Assembly: GCA_963811105.1 (NCBI GenBank)
Contig: CAWEPZ010000011.1
Coordinates: forward strand, 608,001-672,000
Direction: 5' to 3'
DNA length: 64,000 bases
Origin: Candidatus Bathyarchaeota archaeon
GTDB taxonomy: Archaea > Thermoproteota > Bathyarchaeia > Bathyarchaeales > Bathycorpusculaceae
Part shown: piece after piece, positions 38,950-49,650 of the stretch
Layout: the number at the start of each line of letters is the position of its first letter
How positions within the stretch are numbered: position 1 is the first letter of the stretch
Translations under genes and position numbers: made by a program
The notes under the pieces: model-generated
What the model was told of the DNA's origin: nothing
The model's database searches: none
What the model saw: only the letters and a program-made list of their open reading frames with translations

Positions 38950-41544
38950 TTACTTCTTCCGATAAAGTATTAGTCCTACTAATGCGACTGCAATAATAAC
39001 TGCAATTATTCCGCCGAGTATTGTCATTGTGTAATCAGGTATGATTATTTTCTGTTGTTGTCCTGTATTAGTTGATGTTGGTGCTGGAACAACAGTGATG
39101 GCAGTTGAGGCTCCTGAACTTCCATATGAGTCATCTCCTGCAAACGTTGAGATGATTTGGTAGGTACCTGTTGCTGGTGGTGTCCATTTAAGTGCAAAAG
39201 TGCCGTAGTAAGCGTTTGTAGTTGTAATGCCAATGTTTGTTGGGTTACCGTTATCGTCAATAGCAGTTAGTGTCACGGGTACTCCAGTCATAGTAATGTT
39301 GTTCCATATTCCGTCGATAGGATATTGCATGTGCAGGTATTCCATTTGTGTAGTCATGGATTCTTTAGATACGCATGGCGTGCCTGGTTGCCCGGGAGAT
39401 TGATCTAAAACTGTGCCAGTTAATACTGCGCTTTGCCCTAGTGATAGTTCTATTTTTGGTCCATCAATTGTTGTTGCACTTTGGCCTTTACCGAAAACGT
39501 ATTCGCACCCATCATATGCGTTGGATATTGCGATGTATCCGTCAGCTATAGCACCTTGGAATACTCTAGAGCCATCACCTCCCCCGGCTTGGGTAGCGGT
39601 TATGTTCCATATTCCTTCGCCATTGGTTGCATTAATGCAATGGAACTTCCAACCTCTTTTTAACGGTTGATCAGGCGAGTGTTCGGCGTTGAATGTATAG
39701 ATTTTACCGTCAGCAACGCAAGCTACTGCATGCCAAGATCCGACAGTTGTGCCATTTGAACCTGTATATGGCGTTTCGTATGGCAAGGTTCCAGACTCAA
39801 ATTTCCAAACTATTTTTCCGTTGTTCCAGTCAAGGGCGCAAATGCAATCATACTGGCTTGAAATTATATAGCCACCGTATGAGGTTGTACCGTATGTTCC
39901 GAAGGTTCCCCAAGGCCAACTGGACAATTCGCCTTTCCATAGAAATTTCCCTGAAGTTAGATCCCAACAATACCAATATCCGTCGTTAAAGCGTGTCGCA
40001 TATTTTCCATGATCTGCTAATGCAATTCCCGCACTGAATTGACCTGTATTGACACCGGATGAAATATTCCACAGCAACTGTCCTGTTATCAAGCTGGCAG
40101 CCATTAATCGTGTTTCAGTAGCGACTTGTGTGGCTGGATTAATTACACTGGCACTGGAAACGGCTATGCCTGTTTCAAAATCAGCACAGTTTCCTAAATT
40201 GCTGAATGGCCAAGATATGTTGCCAACTATTCTAGTGCCCGCAGTTGTAGTTAGGCTATCAAATGTCCCTTTTGTTGTCCAGTTAATCAATCTGTAGTTA
40301 GGATTAGCTGTGGTGCCGATATTCTGAACGCTTAGAACGTATGGATTATTGTAGAAAACTCCTGTTGTCAATGGATCGATTGAGTAGTTTCCTACTATCG
40401 CTCCATTCCATGGTCGATACTTTATCAGTCTTCCATTGCCTATATAGCCCAAATACGCCGTTGCTGTAAATGGCTGTGCGTTTGCGTCACTTTCACCCGC
40501 ATTACCACCCGGGTCATACATTATGAATGTGGGTGGTTGAGTAATGTTTGTCAGTTCAAAGTAGACTTCACCAGTGCGTATGTCATAACATTGCCAAACC
40601 GGCTGAGCCACTCCATTGAAAGTTTTCTGCACGATCTGGTAAGCTCTCCCATCATAGATAATAGTTGGATGCCCATAAATCACCGTGGTTGACTCGCCAA
40701 TGCTTTGTTGTCCCATTGATCCGCCTATGAGGCCGCCTATGGCAAACTGTCGCTTCCAAACTATGTGTGCAGTGTTTGGCGCTAATACGTAAGCGGCGTA
40801 ATAATTGTTCATTGTTCCCCCATTATAGACATTGTATTTGTTTGTATTTGCTGGCCAATTGGAGCCTCCGCCTACAACGCCTGTTGCAGGCCAGTTCCCC
40901 AGAATGGACCACCATTCTCTATTATGTGGGGCTACAGGTCTGGTCCAGTAATCAGTGGGCAATGATGATGTAGGCCAAGATGCTGCTTGCTCAGCGCTTA
41001 CCACTAGGGCGTAAGGTCCATCTGAACTTGGTTCATAGTACACTGAAGAGGTGAACTTTGTGCCTGAAGTATTCGTCACGATATATCCATTATAATATTG
41101 TCCTGCTGGGTAGTACATTCCTAGAAAATCAGACTTAATCGTCCAATTGCCAACTTGATCAGCTGTGTATTCAAACCATGCTGTTCCATCTCCAAGGTAC
41201 GAATCCAAAGGACCGATAACATCTTTGGTTCCATCAGGCTTAGTGATTGTAACGGTGAAGGCTTGGGTAAACATCCGCTGTGCATGAATTGGTGGTTGCA
41301 TCCATATGTTGACTAGAAATGGCTGTCCTAGCCCTACTGGGCGCGGTCTAAAGCTAAGGTGAGTGATTGTACTAATTGTTGCATCGACCGTAACGCCGTT
41401 TGGTAATGGTCCACTAGCTGGTTGTTGGGTGGCAAGTTGTGCTTTAGCTGGAATAATTATGTCATTTGTCATCATGAGGATTGGTGAGATCATAAGAAAA
41501 ATTGCTAGTGTTACTGCTAATTTTGACAGTTTAAAAGAGTTCAA
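38950..41544 (-). CDS. PQQ-binding-like beta-propeller surface protein (paralog 4)
   Basis: 864 aa; LPTDYWTRPV, GTVLDQSPGQPGTPCVSKESM; TM plus RKK. Confidence 0.85.
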   Translation of the reverse strand: MNSFKLSKLAVTLAIFLMISPILMMTNDIIIPAKAQLATQQPASGPLPNGVTVDATISTITHLSFRPRPVGLGQPFLVNIWMQPPIHAQRMFTQAFTVTITKPDGTKDVIGPLDSYLGDGTAWFEYTADQVGNWTIKSDFLGMYYPAGQYYNGYIVTNTSGTKFTSSVYYEPSSDGPYALVVSAEQAASWPTSSLPTDYWTRPVAPHNREWWSILGNWPATGVVGGGSNWPANTNKYNVYNGGTMNNYYAAYVLAPNTAHIVWKRQFAIGGLIGGSMGQQSIGESTTVIYGHPTIIYDGRAYQIVQKTFNGVAQPVWQCYDIRTGEVYFELTNITQPPTFIMYDPGGNAGESDANAQPFTATAYLGYIGNGRLIKYRPWNGAIVGNYSIDPLTTGVFYNNPYVLSVQNIGTTANPNYRLINWTTKGTFDSLTTTAGTRIVGNISWPFSNLGNCADFETGIAVSSASVINPATQVATETRLMAASLITGQLLWNISSGVNTGQFSAGIALADHGKYATRFNDGYWYCWDLTSGKFLWKGELSSWPWGTFGTYGTTSYGGYIISSQYDCICALDWNNGKIVWKFESGTLPYETPYTGSNGTTVGSWHAVACVADGKIYTFNAEHSPDQPLKRGWKFHCINATNGEGIWNITATQAGGGDGSRVFQGAIADGYIAISNAYDGCEYVFGKGQSATTIDGPKIELSLGQSAVLTGTVLDQSPGQPGTPCVSKESMTTQMEYLHMQYPIDGIWNNITMTGVPVTLTAIDDNGNPTNIGITTTNAYYGTFALKWTPPATGTYQIISTFAGDDSYGSSGASTAITVVPAPTSTNTGQQQKIIIPDYTMTILGGIIAVIIAVALVGLILYRKK

Positions 41545-41916
41545 TTTTGCTTTTCACCGTTTTCCAATCTATCAAATTGCTTTTAAGACTTATTGAAAAC
41601 ATAAAAAAAATTAATAAAAATGAAATTAATACTCATTTAATAGTTGAATATTTTTAAATAAGAACGCATGCAAACCCCAAAGCCGCAATCGTCAATTCGT
41701 AAGTAGTATCCAAAATAATGATTTAGCTACCCCCTAACTATTCAAACTTTGAATTCTACTATAAAATAAAATAGGAAAAAAGAGAAAATATGCGGGAGAT
41801 TTCTCCTCTGATTTTGTGTTAAGGATTTAATAAGAAATTAAAAAAAAGGGAGAAGGTATTGCGTGAGAATGGTGACATCACCACTGAAAACGAATGCGAA
41901 ATTATTCCTTAGTACT

Positions 41917-42177
41917 TTACAGTTTCTTGTAAACTACATCTTTTTCTTTTACAGGTTGAACCACTTTCAATCCTATGCTTTTGCCACCTTCAGCCCGCTG
42001 AATATCTTTTCTATCTATTTGCATTGATTCGATAGTTTGCTCAAAATCGGTTGAAGGCCCTTTAATGAGTATGCAATCTCCAACCGCCAGCGGCAATGAT
42101 AGTTCAACCACGGCCACATTTATCTTGGAGAAAAAATGTACAATGTGCCCGATCTCAATTACGGCTTCTTCAGTCAA
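41917..42177 (-). CDS. Translation elongation factor-like small beta-barrel protein
   Basis: IGHIVHFFSKINVAVVEL..L.VGD.I.IKG..TDFEQ.IESMQI..G..IGLKV. Confidence 0.75.
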   Translation of the reverse strand: MTEEAVIEIGHIVHFFSKINVAVVELSLPLAVGDCILIKGPSTDFEQTIESMQIDRKDIQRAEGGKSIGLKVVQPVKEKDVVYKKL

Positions 42178-42354
42178 GCAGTTTGCCCCTTGTTTATCAC
42201 TATGATTGATGGCAATAAAAGATTTGCCTTCTTTATCTAGGTGTCAGGATATTTTATACAATTCTGAAAACATTGCCAAATTTTCTTGAAATTCAAAGCA
42301 GCTTTTTTAGCAAATACAATACATTTTTTAAAAAAAGAACACTGTATTTAGCCG

Positions 42355-42516
42355 TTACCATCCTGAAGTTGCGTCATCACCGGTTTGCTCCAGAGCTTTC
42401 TTTTCCTCATCGCTGACATCAAGAGGCAAATTAACTTGGTTGTGACCTTCTTCAATTATCTCCCGTTTCTTTTTCCGCTGTCTTATAGTAATTTGACCCT
42501 TCTTTTTCTCTTCCAA
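42355..42516 (-). CDS. 53-aa charged microprotein
   Basis: TTG start after a strong SD (GGAGGTGA); LEEKKKGQITIRQRKKKREII...SGW. Confidence 0.4.
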   Translation of the reverse strand: MEEKKKGQITIRQRKKKREIIEEGHNQVNLPLDVSDEEKKALEQTGDDATSGW

Positions 42517-42831
42517 AAAGTTTCACCTCCCCTAAATATCGTTGAAAAAAGCTGTAGACCTCAGGAATAACCAGCTTTTTTTTAATTTTTACCTTTACTG
42601 ACCATTCAGCTTGTCAGATATGTTTGAATTTCTTCATCCTAAGAAATATCTGAAATTTGGCTGTATTAACTTGCGTGACTGTGCAGTAACAACAACAAAG
42701 CCAAAAATGTTAAATCAATGAATAACCGAAATATTTTTGTCAGTTTAAGCATTTCCAAATGGCTGTCATCTTTTCTTTACAGAAGTCTTTGTAACCTGCA
42801 CTTTTAGAACTGCAATTCTTAAACGACTTGA

Positions 42832-43251
42832 AGAAAGCAAGGGGCATGGATTCTCAATTCTAAACTCCAGGTTAGCCAACGAATTGAAGACGGATTTGAA
42901 CACAAAAAGTCTCTGCGTTCCATTGCAAAGATTCTGGGCAAAACCCTTAATTCTGTACGGAAGAAAGCATCTCGCTTAGGCTTAGTTGATGATGATGGGA
43001 GTGAAAAAACAACGCCATCATCATCTACCCTTGATAAGTTAGTTTTGCCCGATGAGTTGCCTTCAATTGAGGAAAAACTCAAGACCTTAGTTGGAGCCTT
43101 GCAGCGCCTTGAATCGGGCGAATTGGATAAAATTGATGTTTTGCGTTTACGCTGCATCATCCAGGCCGTAATAGTGTACCAGGAGCTGACAGCGGAATAT
43201 ATCGACTATCGCGGGTTAGAATCTGAGAGGTTAGAGTGGAGAGAGAAGTAA
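42832..43251 (+). pseudogene. Provirus gene preceding terminase (possible small subunit), copy 3 and most complete
   Basis: KSLRSIAKILGKT..RLGLVDDD..LVLPDELPSIEEKLK..VLRLRCIIQ..YIDYRGLE; immediately upstream of the TerL fragment. Confidence 0.55.
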
Positions 43252-43257
43252 AGGATC

Positions 43258-43725
43258 TTGCACAAAAATCCTCAGACGTTGCGTCCAAATCTGCATCTTA
43301 ACGAGCGAGCTAAAACTCGAATGGACGTAAGTTTATTGAAAATGTTAGCGCCAGTAAGGTGGTTGCTTTATAAGGTGATGTTAAAGAGTTTTTTGAGCAA
43401 GTTTTCGGTTTTACGCCTTATAAACATAAGGCTTGAATTGGCAGATTTATTTGAGAAGAACCAGTTCACGGCGGTGCGGTGGTGTAAGCAGAGTGGCAAG
43501 AGTTATTCGGTTTCTGCTTTGCTGCTCAAATATGCTTGGAAATATGCGGATAGCTATATTGTGATTGTGGGTCCCAGCTGGCGCCAAACAAAACTAAACA
43601 TTAGGCGTATGGGAGGTTCTGCAGAAAACTCCCAGTGTAACAAGGCCTATATGGGCAAAGGGCAAGAATCTTTTTGCCCGATGGGAGCATGATTGAGGCG
43701 TTTCCAAACAACCTTGATACAATTA
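43258..43725 (+). pseudogene. Terminase large subunit N-terminal remnant
   Basis: FTAVRWCKQSGKS (TerL Walker A R-Q-x-G-K type), IVIVGPSWRQTK; frameshifted and truncated. Confidence 0.7.
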
Positions 43726-43762
43726 GTTCCGTTGCACTCTTTTCGTGAGAAAAAGCTCGTGA

Positions 43763-44122
43763 CTATTTTTGGTTTTCAAGTTTTTCGGGAGATCTCAATT
43801 GATTTCGTATGATGATGAAAAGTCCAAAAAAGAGCACGCCAGCTATGATTCCTGAAGTGATGCCCATGATGTACAACGCCTCCCACGCTGGCATAGAAGT
43901 GCTGAGGTACTTGAACGAACCGATAAGTATGAACAGGGAAGCTGAACCAAGAAATGAAATTCCAAGAGCCATCAAAACACTGCCAACTATGCTTATGATT
44001 ATGAGTTTTTTGAGTCGTTTCTTAACAGCTGTTTCCGCTTCATTCATATATGCCTTGAGTATGGCTTTTATCTCACTTAGAATTGCTCCAATTATTTCCC
44101 TTAATGAAATCTTTTCTGACAT
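43763..44122 (-). CDS. Two-TM membrane protein (holin-X/YqjE-like)
   Basis: Charged helical N-terminus followed by two hydrophobic helices. Confidence 0.55.
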   Translation of the reverse strand: MSEKISLREIIGAILSEIKAILKAYMNEAETAVKKRLKKLIIISIVGSVLMALGISFLGSASLFILIGSFKYLSTSMPAWEALYIMGITSGIIAGVLFFGLFIIIRNQLRSPEKLENQK

Positions 44123-44326
44123 CTAATAATTACGCCTCTTCCAAAAACAAATCTACCGAACCCTAAAAATCATGTTATTCACGCACGATAGCTGAGTAAA
44201 AATGTTTCAAGATTCTCATATTTAGTTTAGCTTAGTATCTATTTTAAGATTGTGACTGCATGACTGCAGCAAAGTAAATTTAAAAGCCTCTTTAGTCACC
44301 CCTTACTTGGTTGGAGTTCCTGATTT

Positions 44327-44652
44327 TTGGGTGCAATATACCAAGTTATTAATTTTATTACCTCTGGAAGCATCGGCGGTATTCCACCATTAGTTTTGAT
44401 GATTACTCCATTTGTTATCGGACTTATCATAGGCTACCTAATCCACAAAATGCTAAAGATCGCGATTTTAGCTGCGATTATATTGGTCGTGGTTGCTTAC
44501 TTTGGGTTCTTCGGTTTAAGTCTTGGCGCCTTGAAAAGCGTTGCTGACACATATGGCTCCTTGCAATTCAATATGGAGTACTTCTCATGGGCATACTACC
44601 ACTTGGTTTAGGGCTAGTCATTGGTTTCGTAATTGGCTTCGTACTATCGTAA
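44327..44652 (+). pseudogene. FUN14-like small membrane protein, frameshifted near 44565
   Basis: GLIIGYLIHKMLKIAIL..; the alternate frame continues AIQYGVLLMGILPLGLGLVIGFVIGF. Confidence 0.5.
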
Positions 44653-45019
44653 GCAAACACTTCTCTCTGTAGGAAAACTAACCAAAATCGGCGCAAAAGA
44701 GGTACGAAATTATGCCATGTGTGTATTATCTGCGGGAACCCAACAAAAAACGAAGTTCTACAAGAAAGAAAAAAAACCAAAAAACAACCAACTCTTGCAA
44801 ACTCACTCAACCAGCCAAATACTCATCATATACCATTCTATCCCCAAGCTCGAAATAGATTCTTCAATTTAAAGAAAACCTATACAAGACAACAAAAAAT
44901 GATTACATGGCCAAAACAATAACAATAAGCAGCCAATAATTGAAAAAAAATATGTTCAAGTGGTAATGTTTCCTAGCGAAAAAGGATGTTTTCGTTTACC
45001 CCAACTGCGTTAAGGGTTA

Positions 45020-45217
45020 CTACTTCTTTTGTCTTACTGCGACCTTGGCTTTCATTTCAAAGATAGTATCTTCGCCGATTTTTCCAATACCAAAGTTCCA
45101 TTCTAATACATCAACTTCCATGTCTTTGAAGTGTGAAACCCAGGTTTTCTGGAATTCGTCCCATTTTTCGCCTATCTTCTGTATCTGTTCTTTGACGTCT
45201 ATTTGTTGTTCTGGCAT
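45020..45217 (-). CDS. Small hypothetical protein
   Basis: ATG preceded by GGAGGTG SD; 65 aa. Confidence 0.6.
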   Translation of the reverse strand: MPEQQIDVKEQIQKIGEKWDEFQKTWVSHFKDMEVDVLEWNFGIGKIGEDTIFEMKAKVAVRQKK

Positions 45218-45474
45218 AATTTGTTACACCTCCTAAAATGCGCTAAAAAATTGCGCAGGCCCAAGTTTATAGCTAGTCATTGGTTGGTTTAAATGTGTGT
45301 GACTGTGAAGCTGCAACTACAGATGTAAGTCATTATCGTCCAACAAGATTGACAAAACCTCAATTAAGGAAAAAAAGAAGTCTAAATAAAGAAGCAAACA
45401 AGCTGTTACTGTTTATTGACAGTCACACATCTTAAAATAGACTGGCAAGTTAAAGATAACTAAGGTTTTTCAAA

Positions 45475-45633
45475 ATGGGCGCACTTGATTTTCTTTTCGT
45501 CGTAGCTGCGATTCTTGTCTTGCTGTGGCTTCTGGGCTTTTTCATCTTCAACCTTGGCACTATCATATGGGTTCTGCTTGTCATCGCCATCATCATAATA
45601 CTTGCTCGACTGCTTACAGGACGCAGAATATAA
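45475..45633 (+). CDS. lmo0937/DUF5670-like small membrane protein
   Basis: MGALDFLFVVAAILVLLWLLGFFIFNLGTIIWVLLVIAIIIILARLLTGRRI (missed by the ORF track). Confidence 0.75.
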   Translation: MGALDFLFVVAAILVLLWLLGFFIFNLGTIIWVLLVIAIIIILARLLTGRRI

Positions 45634-45887
45634 CAGCAACCAAAAACATGGTAGCAGCGCCAAAAGCTGCTTCCCAACTTTTTTGTAAACAAAGAAATCG
45701 CACTTGTATAGGTAGGTTACGTCATTCAACGTTTTGATAATTATCTATCAGTATGCGCTATCCTAAGTTTTTCTCTATTGCCATTTTTGGATTTTTGGAA
45801 GCAATTGCTTATCGCTTGTTGGTGTCTGATAGCAGTCACAGATGTTTAATAAAAGCGCAAGACAGTATTATTTTATAGTGAATTTTT

Positions 45888-46052
45888 ATGAGCAAAGACG
45901 AAACTGAAGGTAAAATTAAACAGGGAAAAGGCAAAGTCCGTGAAGGCTTAGGCAAGATTACTGGCGACGATAGTGAACAGATTAAGGGCAAAGTGGAACA
46001 AGTCAAAGGAAAAATCCAGGAAGAAGTAGGCAAAGCAAAAAGAAAAGCCTAA
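45888..46052 (+). CDS. csbD: CsbD family general stress protein
   Basis: MSKDETEGKIKQGKGKVREGLGKITGDDSEQIKGKVEQVKGKIQEEVGKAK (missed by the ORF track). Confidence 0.85.
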   Translation: MSKDETEGKIKQGKGKVREGLGKITGDDSEQIKGKVEQVKGKIQEEVGKAKRKA

Positions 46053-46680
46053 TAAAATTTAAAACCAACTATTCAACGCTTCAATAATCAGCCAAAATAA
46101 GATTTTCAAGAAATCGGAAAAAAACACTGTCAATTGTTAATGCAGATAGCTTACCCCCTTTTGGGGTTTTTTTTCTCAAGTTTTGGGGAGCATGTCAAGC
46201 AAGCGAAAACTTGAAGTTGCACTCTTTATTTTGCGTTCCCCCACAAAAGAACTAAACGGGATTTGGACTTAAAGTCTGCTTAGTTTTCTAATTCTTGGTT
46301 AGCAAAGAATAGAGTCTCGAAATGTAGTTCTACAAATTCGCTTCTGGATCTTTTTTGTTTTGAGGCTTCTCTATATATTTTCTCTAATGTGCGGTTAGAA
46401 AGGCTATGCTTACGGGGTGTTTGCGCACTGTAGCCTGAGTCTCCAAGTATTTTCCGCTTCTTAATAATTAACAATTGATTGTTAAAGGGAATTTGGATAA
46501 GGTGTTTGTGGGAGTTCTCACTAAAAAAGAGGTTGGTATTTGACATTCACGACCTTTGTCACGGAAGCATGGGGACAACCTGAAGAAAATTACTTAGTTA
46601 AAAAAAATAAAAAAATTGAGCTGAAAATTCTTAGTATAGTCTGCGTCAAGCAGAACTAACGGTTTAATGTATGTTTATGT

Positions 46681-46890
46681 TTAGTGGTATTCGTGCGACT
46701 TCTGGTCGGAAACGGGTTCGTGTCCTTGGTTTTTGCTTCTTGCCTTAATAATTGTTGCTTGAGCTTTGTTTTCTGCCTTGTTCAACTTGCCTTTGTACCG
46801 CTCTCTTTCGCTGATAGCTGTTTTGTCTTCCTTTTCAGGATTTTCGCTTTTTGCCTGATCCTCTCTATCCTTCTTGTCTTGGTTACTCAT
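46681..46890 (-). CDS. Small hydrophilic protein
   Basis: 69-aa highly charged ORF with ATG start. Confidence 0.4.
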   Translation of the reverse strand: MSNQDKKDREDQAKSENPEKEDKTAISERERYKGKLNKAENKAQATIIKARSKNQGHEPVSDQKSHEYH

Positions 46891-46999
46891 AGAATCCCTA
46901 AAAACTTGCTTACGCCGGGTTTAATAAACACATGTTTTTGCTTAGAGTTATTTGCTAAACCAAGTTTTAAATAAAGCAAACCGATTGAAGACTTGAAGG

Positions 47000-47534
47000 A
47001 ACCAGCATCGTCTTTTCGCAAAATGGCTATAAGCTATAGACTTCGCAAATAAAAAAATAGCCATTTATCACCCAGCTAAAAGCAACAATACACGCACCAT
47101 CAGAGTAAGCGAAGATCGGATTAGCATGCTCCAGCAGTTACCAAGAAAGGGAAAACTTGTGTTTTCCTACAGAGAATATCAATATGCTGAAAAAGGATTC
47201 CTAAGAATGCGTCAACGAGCAATAGCAAAGACACGCAACCAAGAGCTTCGCAAAATACACTTTTACACCTGCCGATATTGGCGAGCAACCGATGAAAGAC
47301 ACAAAAAAGGCAACCCAGAACAGCGTTCAATACCTGCTAGGCCACACGTCGCTAAGCTACGTGGGATTATATGCTAGGCTAATCGTCGATTACTTTGGTA
47401 ACGATCAGGAATTTGACGTGCAAGAAGCCGACGACAACGACAAACCGAGAATTAGAATGCTACTGCAAAGGGGTTATGATCCAGTGCTAAATATCAACGA
47501 TGGAGGCGTCCACTATTTCAGAAAAGCTAAATAA
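47000..47534 (+). pseudogene. Tyrosine integrase C-terminal remnant, upstream of tRNA-Pro
   Basis: LRKIHFYTCRYWRAT, then a frameshift to VQYLLGHTSLSYVGLYA...YFRKAK (Hxx-R, LGH, Y). Confidence 0.75.
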
Positions 47535-47613
47535 ATACTTGTCATACTCTCAATGCGGTCGCAGCATCGCCGCGAAAATAGTAGGACCGTCATCTAGCAA
47601 AAAGCATGGACAT

Positions 47614-47692
47614 GGGGCCGTCGTCTAGCATGGTTCAGGATACATGCCTGGGGCGTATGCGATCCTGGGTTCAAATCCCAGCGGCCTCACCA
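47614..47692 (+). tRNA. tRNA-Pro (GGG)
   Basis: GGGGCCG/CGGCCTC stem; CATGC-CTGGGGC-GTATG; GGTTCAAATCC; encoded CCA. Confidence 0.92.
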
Positions 47693-47742
47693 CATTTCCA
47701 GTGGCCCTATTGGCGATGATTTTATTCAATTTTTTAGTCATT

Positions 47743-48135
47743 TTATTTTTGCTTCCTGAATAGTTTTACTTCTCCAAAGTCGCACACGTACTCAAATCCT
47801 GCTTCCACAAGTTTTTGGGCGTCTTCTACGGTTTTGGCGGTGGCTGAATGGAATTCGTCGTTTTTGAAGGTGATGAGCTGAGTGTACAGTAGGGTGTTTT
47901 GGATGTTTCTGTGTCCGAGTATTTTCATGACGTGTAAGATGTCTTTAGTTTTGGCGTATTCGGTTGTGGCTTTCCAGTGTCTTAATGTGTGGAAGTGGAT
48001 TTTTTTAAGCGGTCGTTTTTGAGATTAGAGGCGATTCGGCTTCTTTGTAGTCGGAAGGCTCTGGCGAAGTGTCTCTCACTGCACTTGTAGGGTTGCTCGT
48101 GGTCTCTTGGTAGGCTGTTTAGCATTGCTATGAGC
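47743..48135 (-). pseudogene. Tyrosine integrase C-terminal remnant, convergent on the tRNA-Pro 3' end
   Basis: IHFHTLRHWKATTEYAKTKDILHVMKILGHRNIQNTLLYTQL..EAGFEYVC; N-terminus lost. Confidence 0.85.
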
Positions 48136-48261
48136 AGAAGATTTCCCCATCCCCAACCTACTTTAATACATAATTTAGGGACAAAGCGGCGTTATGCTTA
48201 ATTGCTTAATCTAAAACCTTTTAAGCAGTTCATTACAACGAGATAAATAAAGGGACAAGAA

Positions 48262-48754
48262 ATGAGAAAACTAGATTTACTTCCAAAAAAGAAGAGGCTT
48301 AATGTTGGAATAATTGCAGTTGCTTTAATTGTATTAATTGTTGGCGCAGCTTCATCTTGCTGCTTAAGCAGCGCAAGTGAATACCCGACTCTCTCAAGTA
48401 TGGCTGGCATTTATTCAAACGCATTAACAGGAACCGCAATAACTCTTTATGAGGATGGCACAGCACTATTTGGCACACATGATAGCATATGGCACATAGT
48501 CAACGCAACAAGCTTCGAAATCTCATATATTGGGGTAGCAGGCTTCCGTCAATTCTTTGAATTCAGAATCACAAATAACGGTTTCACAGAAGCCGAAACA
48601 GGAAACGTGTACATTAAAGCTCCGTCTGGTAACGTCCCCGAGCCCGACAGTGCCAGAATTCAGCAACACATCGTTCGCTTTAATCGTGACTATGATAGCA
48701 GTAGCAACTTGCACTGTTGCTTTAGCAGCAAAGAAAGAGAAAAAAACGATTTAG
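48262..48754 (+). pseudogene. Secreted protein with PEF-CTERM-like anchor, frameshifted near 48630
   Basis: ORF 48262 N-part plus alternate-frame TSPSPTVPEFSNTSFALIV..KKEKKTI. Confidence 0.7.
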
Positions 48755-48769
48755 TCAAGGCATTTGGAC
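48754..48769. repeat. Degenerate type A palindrome at the gene stop
   Basis: GTCAA GGCATT TGGAC starting at the G of the TAG stop, at the gene 3' end as in the array. Confidence 0.5.
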
Positions 48770-49157
48770 AAACAACAAGAAAGCTAAAATTCGAAAAACT
48801 CTCTTTTTTTGTTGAACATAGAAGAATCTGAAAAAAAGTAATTTCGGGACAAGGCAACGTGCTATGTCCTGCAATCTCTGACGAAGATAAGAAAAAGTAA
48901 TGCTCAAGAAATAGGCTCCTGTTCTATCTGAAGCAGGGCACGCTTGGTAATTTCTTCAAGCTCTTGGAAATCTGCATCAAAATTGAGGGCTAATCCTGAA
49001 AGGACAATTCGAATGATAACCGCGGCAACATCTATCTGTTTCTGATTCAATGGGTTAGCATCCAAGTGGGCATTGTTAGGAAAAAAGGGGAGAAGGCTGC
49101 GGAGCTTAAACAGACATTGTGGCGATAACTGGAAAAATGTCGCCTCGGTGGTCCGCC

Positions 49158-49182
49158 TTCAAATCCCAGCGGCCTCACCACA
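49158..49182 (+). mobile_element. attR-like duplicate of the tRNA-Pro 3' end (copy 1)
   Basis: TTCAAATCCCAGCGGCCTCACCACA, identical to 47670-47694. Confidence 0.85.
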
Positions 49183-49650
49183 ACTACACCAGGCTCCATT
49201 CGCAAATCTTGCTACTTGCGTTTTCTAAAAAGTTTGACTCCGCGTAGTCGCAACCGTAATTTAGATTCGTTGATACAATGCGAAGGTTTTAGTTGCGGGA
49301 AACCGCGGACGAATGGCTTTAAGTCCGCCCGCAAAGATTTAGGGACCGTTTTGGTAGCTTGAATTTCTTATTCGGTTTGGGTCTGATAACTTAGTCTTAG
49401 AAGAAGGTGGAAAGTACATATTCGTCCCGTGGGGTTCGAGTCCCAGCGAGCCCGTCCTATTTCTTTTCCCAAGGGAAAAAGAGGATTTGCTTAATGTATT
49501 AAGCGCATCCCAAATTTTACAGAAATTTTAACTCAAAACCAGGAAAAAAGCTAAAGGTGTATTGAGAACACATGATCTGAGTTTCAAGGAATCTGTTCTA
49601 TTGCAATTATAGAAATGCTTATGACTAAATAGCCTCTAAGTAACTGAGTA

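Noticed and set aside
3660-41544. Diversity-generating retroelement acting on the surface proteins
   Set aside because: No reverse transcriptase and no TR/VR pair with adenine-specific mismatches seen; the 15900/30821 tail differences are not A-restricted.
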